Assembly (NCBI GenBank): GCA_003558085.1
Contig: PWMT01000010.1
Location: forward strand, 1 to 29,553
Reading direction: 5' to 3'
Length of the DNA stretch: 29,553 bases
From: Methanobacteriaceae archaeon
Lineage (GTDB): Archaea; Methanobacteriota; Methanobacteria; Methanobacteriales; Methanobacteriaceae
In this document: piece after piece, positions 27,243-29,553 of the stretch
How positions within the stretch are numbered: position 1 is the stretch's first letter
Layout: each line of letters opens with the position of its first letter
Made by a program: the position numbers and the translations under genes
Notes under the pieces: generated by a model
Told to the model about the DNA's origin: nothing
The model's input: only the letters and a program-made list of their open reading frames with translations
Database searches by the model: none

Positions 27243-29039
27243 TTAAGTTCCCTGGGCAGGGCAAATCATGATAATCGATTCTCCTTCATTTAGTTTCTCA
27301 TCACTTGCAGGTACCGCCAGGGTTCCATCACTATTTACCTTTAAAAATCCTCTACACTCTGGAGGAACTCCCCCAGCAGGTGATTGTTCTTTTGCATTTA
27401 AAATCTGAAAAGTCCCTCCAGCTTCTAAGATATCTAATAGTTCATCAATATTCCTCCCGAAAAGACTGAAAGGCGTTTGAGATAGAACATCAATAGAAGA
27501 TTTACTATGCACTATTTCATCCTGGCGAGTGCGCTCTCGACCAAATATGATCATATTATTGTAACCTATATCTGAAATAAAAGTATCTAATGCAATTCTT
27601 ACTAGATCAGGATTATCTATCGCCATAATAAGCCATTTTACTTGATATTTGAAGTCATGTGTCTGGTCAACTATCTCTTCGTTTCTAAGTTCATCAAATG
27701 ATCCAGTATATATCATGTAGGGTGATTTACTATCCCTATAACATTTTTGGAATTTGTATTTTCCCGGTGCAATTAAGATCACCTTAACTCCTAGCTTATG
27801 CAAAGCTTCTGCCAGATCAATTATCCAGGGCCGATCACCGACCAAAGCAACCATATTGCGCCCTGGCATGGCAATATTCATCTTACGAGAAAGTATAGGT
27901 GCTGCAATGCCATAAATTATCATCGTGCCCATAATTACAGTAAATACTACCGGTACTAATTCTGGAAAAATCACACCTGCATTAAATAGACTAATAGCAA
28001 AAAAAGAGGAGGTAGCTGCAGCTACAATACCTCTTGGTGCTAGAGCTCCAATAAAAATTCTCTGGGAAAGACTAAAATTTAAGCCATGGGTAGCAATAAT
28101 GGCTACTATTGGTCTGACCAATAATACATACACCGCTACTAAACCCAGGGCAGGTAAAATATATTTTTCTAACTCAGCTAGATTTACTAAAGCAGCAAGC
28201 AATATGAATAAAATACCAATGATGAGAGGTTCCATGGTTTCATTGAACTGGCGCACTCCAATTGCAGGGGTGCTTCTCTGATTTCCCAATGCAAAACCCA
28301 TAGCTACAGCTGCAAAAAGTCCTGCCTCAGTAAATATCATTTCTGCTGATACAATGGCTATAATAGCAAACATCATAGCGATGAGGGGACTTAAATTTGG
28401 AGGAACACTTCCCGAACGTTCAGAGATAACATATAATATAGCAGCCAATAATCCGATGAGGACTCCGCTTACCAACGTGATCACTAATTCCAGGATAGGA
28501 TTAAAGGGTAAACCGGTAATCACACTTAAAATAGCAACTGCTATGCTGGCACCGATAGGATCAATAAGTATACTTTCCCACATTAAAACATGACCTACTG
28601 GCTCCCGGGGTCGAGCAAAGTTTAAAACAGGACCGACGACTGTGGGTCCGGAAACCACTAGTATGGATGCTAAAAGTAAGGCCAGTATAGGAGTAAGGTT
28701 AAAGATTAATAGAATGGTTAAAGCACCAATAAATAGAGTAATAATAACTCCCAGTGTCACCAGTCTCCAAACAGCTTCTTGAGCACTAGGCTGAATTTTC
28801 CGTACTTTAAGTTCAAAACCACCTCTAAAAAGCAGCAGACCCACACCAATAGTTACCAGGGGAAAAAGGGAGTCTCCAAATATTTCAATAGGATCTACCA
28901 GTCCCCATACTGGACCGACTAATATGCCACCTATTAAAAGAGTAATTATAGCAGGGATTTTAATCATCTTGGAAAACCACTGCAGTAAAATTCCCAACCC
29001 TATAATAATTCCCAGACCTATGAGTAATCTTTCATGCAT
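27243..29039 (-). CDS. CPA1 (NhaP-type) cation/H+ antiporter with C-terminal soluble RCK-like domain
   Basis: About 12 TM segments, LLFRGG, VSGPTVV, WESILIDPIG, LLVRP and APRGIVAAA, followed by a soluble tail of about 200 aa. Confidence 0.88.
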   Translation of the reverse strand: MHERLLIGLGIIIGLGILLQWFSKMIKIPAIITLLIGGILVGPVWGLVDPIEIFGDSLFPLVTIGVGLLLFRGGFELKVRKIQPSAQEAVWRLVTLGVIITLFIGALTILLIFNLTPILALLLASILVVSGPTVVGPVLNFARPREPVGHVLMWESILIDPIGASIAVAILSVITGLPFNPILELVITLVSGVLIGLLAAILYVISERSGSVPPNLSPLIAMMFAIIAIVSAEMIFTEAGLFAAVAMGFALGNQRSTPAIGVRQFNETMEPLIIGILFILLAALVNLAELEKYILPALGLVAVYVLLVRPIVAIIATHGLNFSLSQRIFIGALAPRGIVAAATSSFFAISLFNAGVIFPELVPVVFTVIMGTMIIYGIAAPILSRKMNIAMPGRNMVALVGDRPWIIDLAEALHKLGVKVILIAPGKYKFQKCYRDSKSPYMIYTGSFDELRNEEIVDQTHDFKYQVKWLIMAIDNPDLVRIALDTFISDIGYNNMIIFGRERTRQDEIVHSKSSIDVLSQTPFSLFGRNIDELLDILEAGGTFQILNAKEQSPAGGVPPECRGFLKVNSDGTLAVPASDEKLNEGESIIMICPAQGT

Positions 29040-29284
29040 ATCATCCTATCCTTTCTAAACTCCCTAAATCATGATAGCATTTTTTTTTTTACTAGTCCAA
29101 CTCTTTCTAGTTATTGTTATTTATTTTTTAGGGGGTCTTATTTAGATTGCTAGAAGTGATAATTTAGTTTAACTCTAATTAATGGTGTAATATTATAATG
29201 ATTTACTGGAATACTATAAAAACCACCAATAACTAGTATCTGCTAATAATTAGCCTACAAAGGGCAAACAATATTAAAACTGAA

Positions 29285-29535
29285 TTATATAATATTATAC
29301 AGGTTTGCTATAAAATAAGAAATTTGATTTTCTGGAATAAAATCCGTAAGACGCTTAGGCACCAAGCAAGTCTGAACAATACGATATTCCCTCAAAGCCA
29401 TTAAAACCACAACCAAAAAACTATAAATAACTAAATAAAAATATAGAACTTCTAGAATATAAAACTAACCCTTAAAAACACGAGTATAAAATAATAGAAA
29501 AAAAAAATAAAAAAACTTAATTATGAGACAGCCTC
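29285..29535 (-). mobile_element. Truncated IS1182-family-like element: left end plus transposase N-terminal remnant
   Basis: Minus strand begins GAGGCTGTCTCATAA (29535-29521), resembling IS1182-family terminal repeats. ATG 29401 encodes [24 protein letters not shown], like the Q..L.P..L.D.IPE.H N-terminus of IS1182 transposases; stop at 29285. No matching right end seen. Confidence 0.7.
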
Positions 29536-29553
29536 AAAATAATAGAAAAATAA

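Noticed and set aside
2267-28593. Short antisense or nested ORFs in the track (e.g. 2605-2841, 11181-11534, 16829-17164, 24999-25244, 26679-27104, 27925-28281)
   Set aside because: These are shadow ORFs lying within well-supported genes, with no motifs of their own.
29341-29400. GC-richer patch as a possible ncRNA or C/D box sRNA
   Set aside because: It is better explained as the transposase remnant on the minus strand; no box C is seen.

Overview
AT-rich chromosomal window from a pseudomurein-walled methanogenic archaeon (Methanobacteriaceae-like), judged from the Mur-ligase cluster, the nurA-herA-mre11-rad50 operon, archaeal SD/TATA signals and a PIP-box-ended RFC large subunit. It is mostly core genome. 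In order: 3' end of rfcL, PaaI thioesterase, a degenerate PP-loop-like protein, an FwdC/GltB-like beta-helix protein, htpX, a lipoprotein, bacterial-type RNase III, an alpha/beta-hydrolase pseudogene, a small Zn-ribbon protein and DUF169. Next is a four-gene pseudomurein operon (MurD-like ligase, double Mur ligase fusion, membrane-anchored VanW-like protein, MobA-like nucleotidyltransferase). Then come a secreted esterase, a 3 x 51 bp tandem repeat, msrA-korA-korB-TIR(MTH538-like), rad50 (in-frame TAA)-mre11-herA-nurA, a Zn-ribbon/YbjQ protein, a CPA1 antiporter and an IS1182-like remnant. The top lead is the VanW-like protein inside the Mur operon. It keeps the VanW Cys and is a candidate for the pseudomurein cross-linking transpeptidase. 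Other oddities: two genes seem to need an ATT start codon, rad50 has a nonsense codon, and the rnc start region is duplicated. All family calls come from motif recognition by eye; no searches were run.
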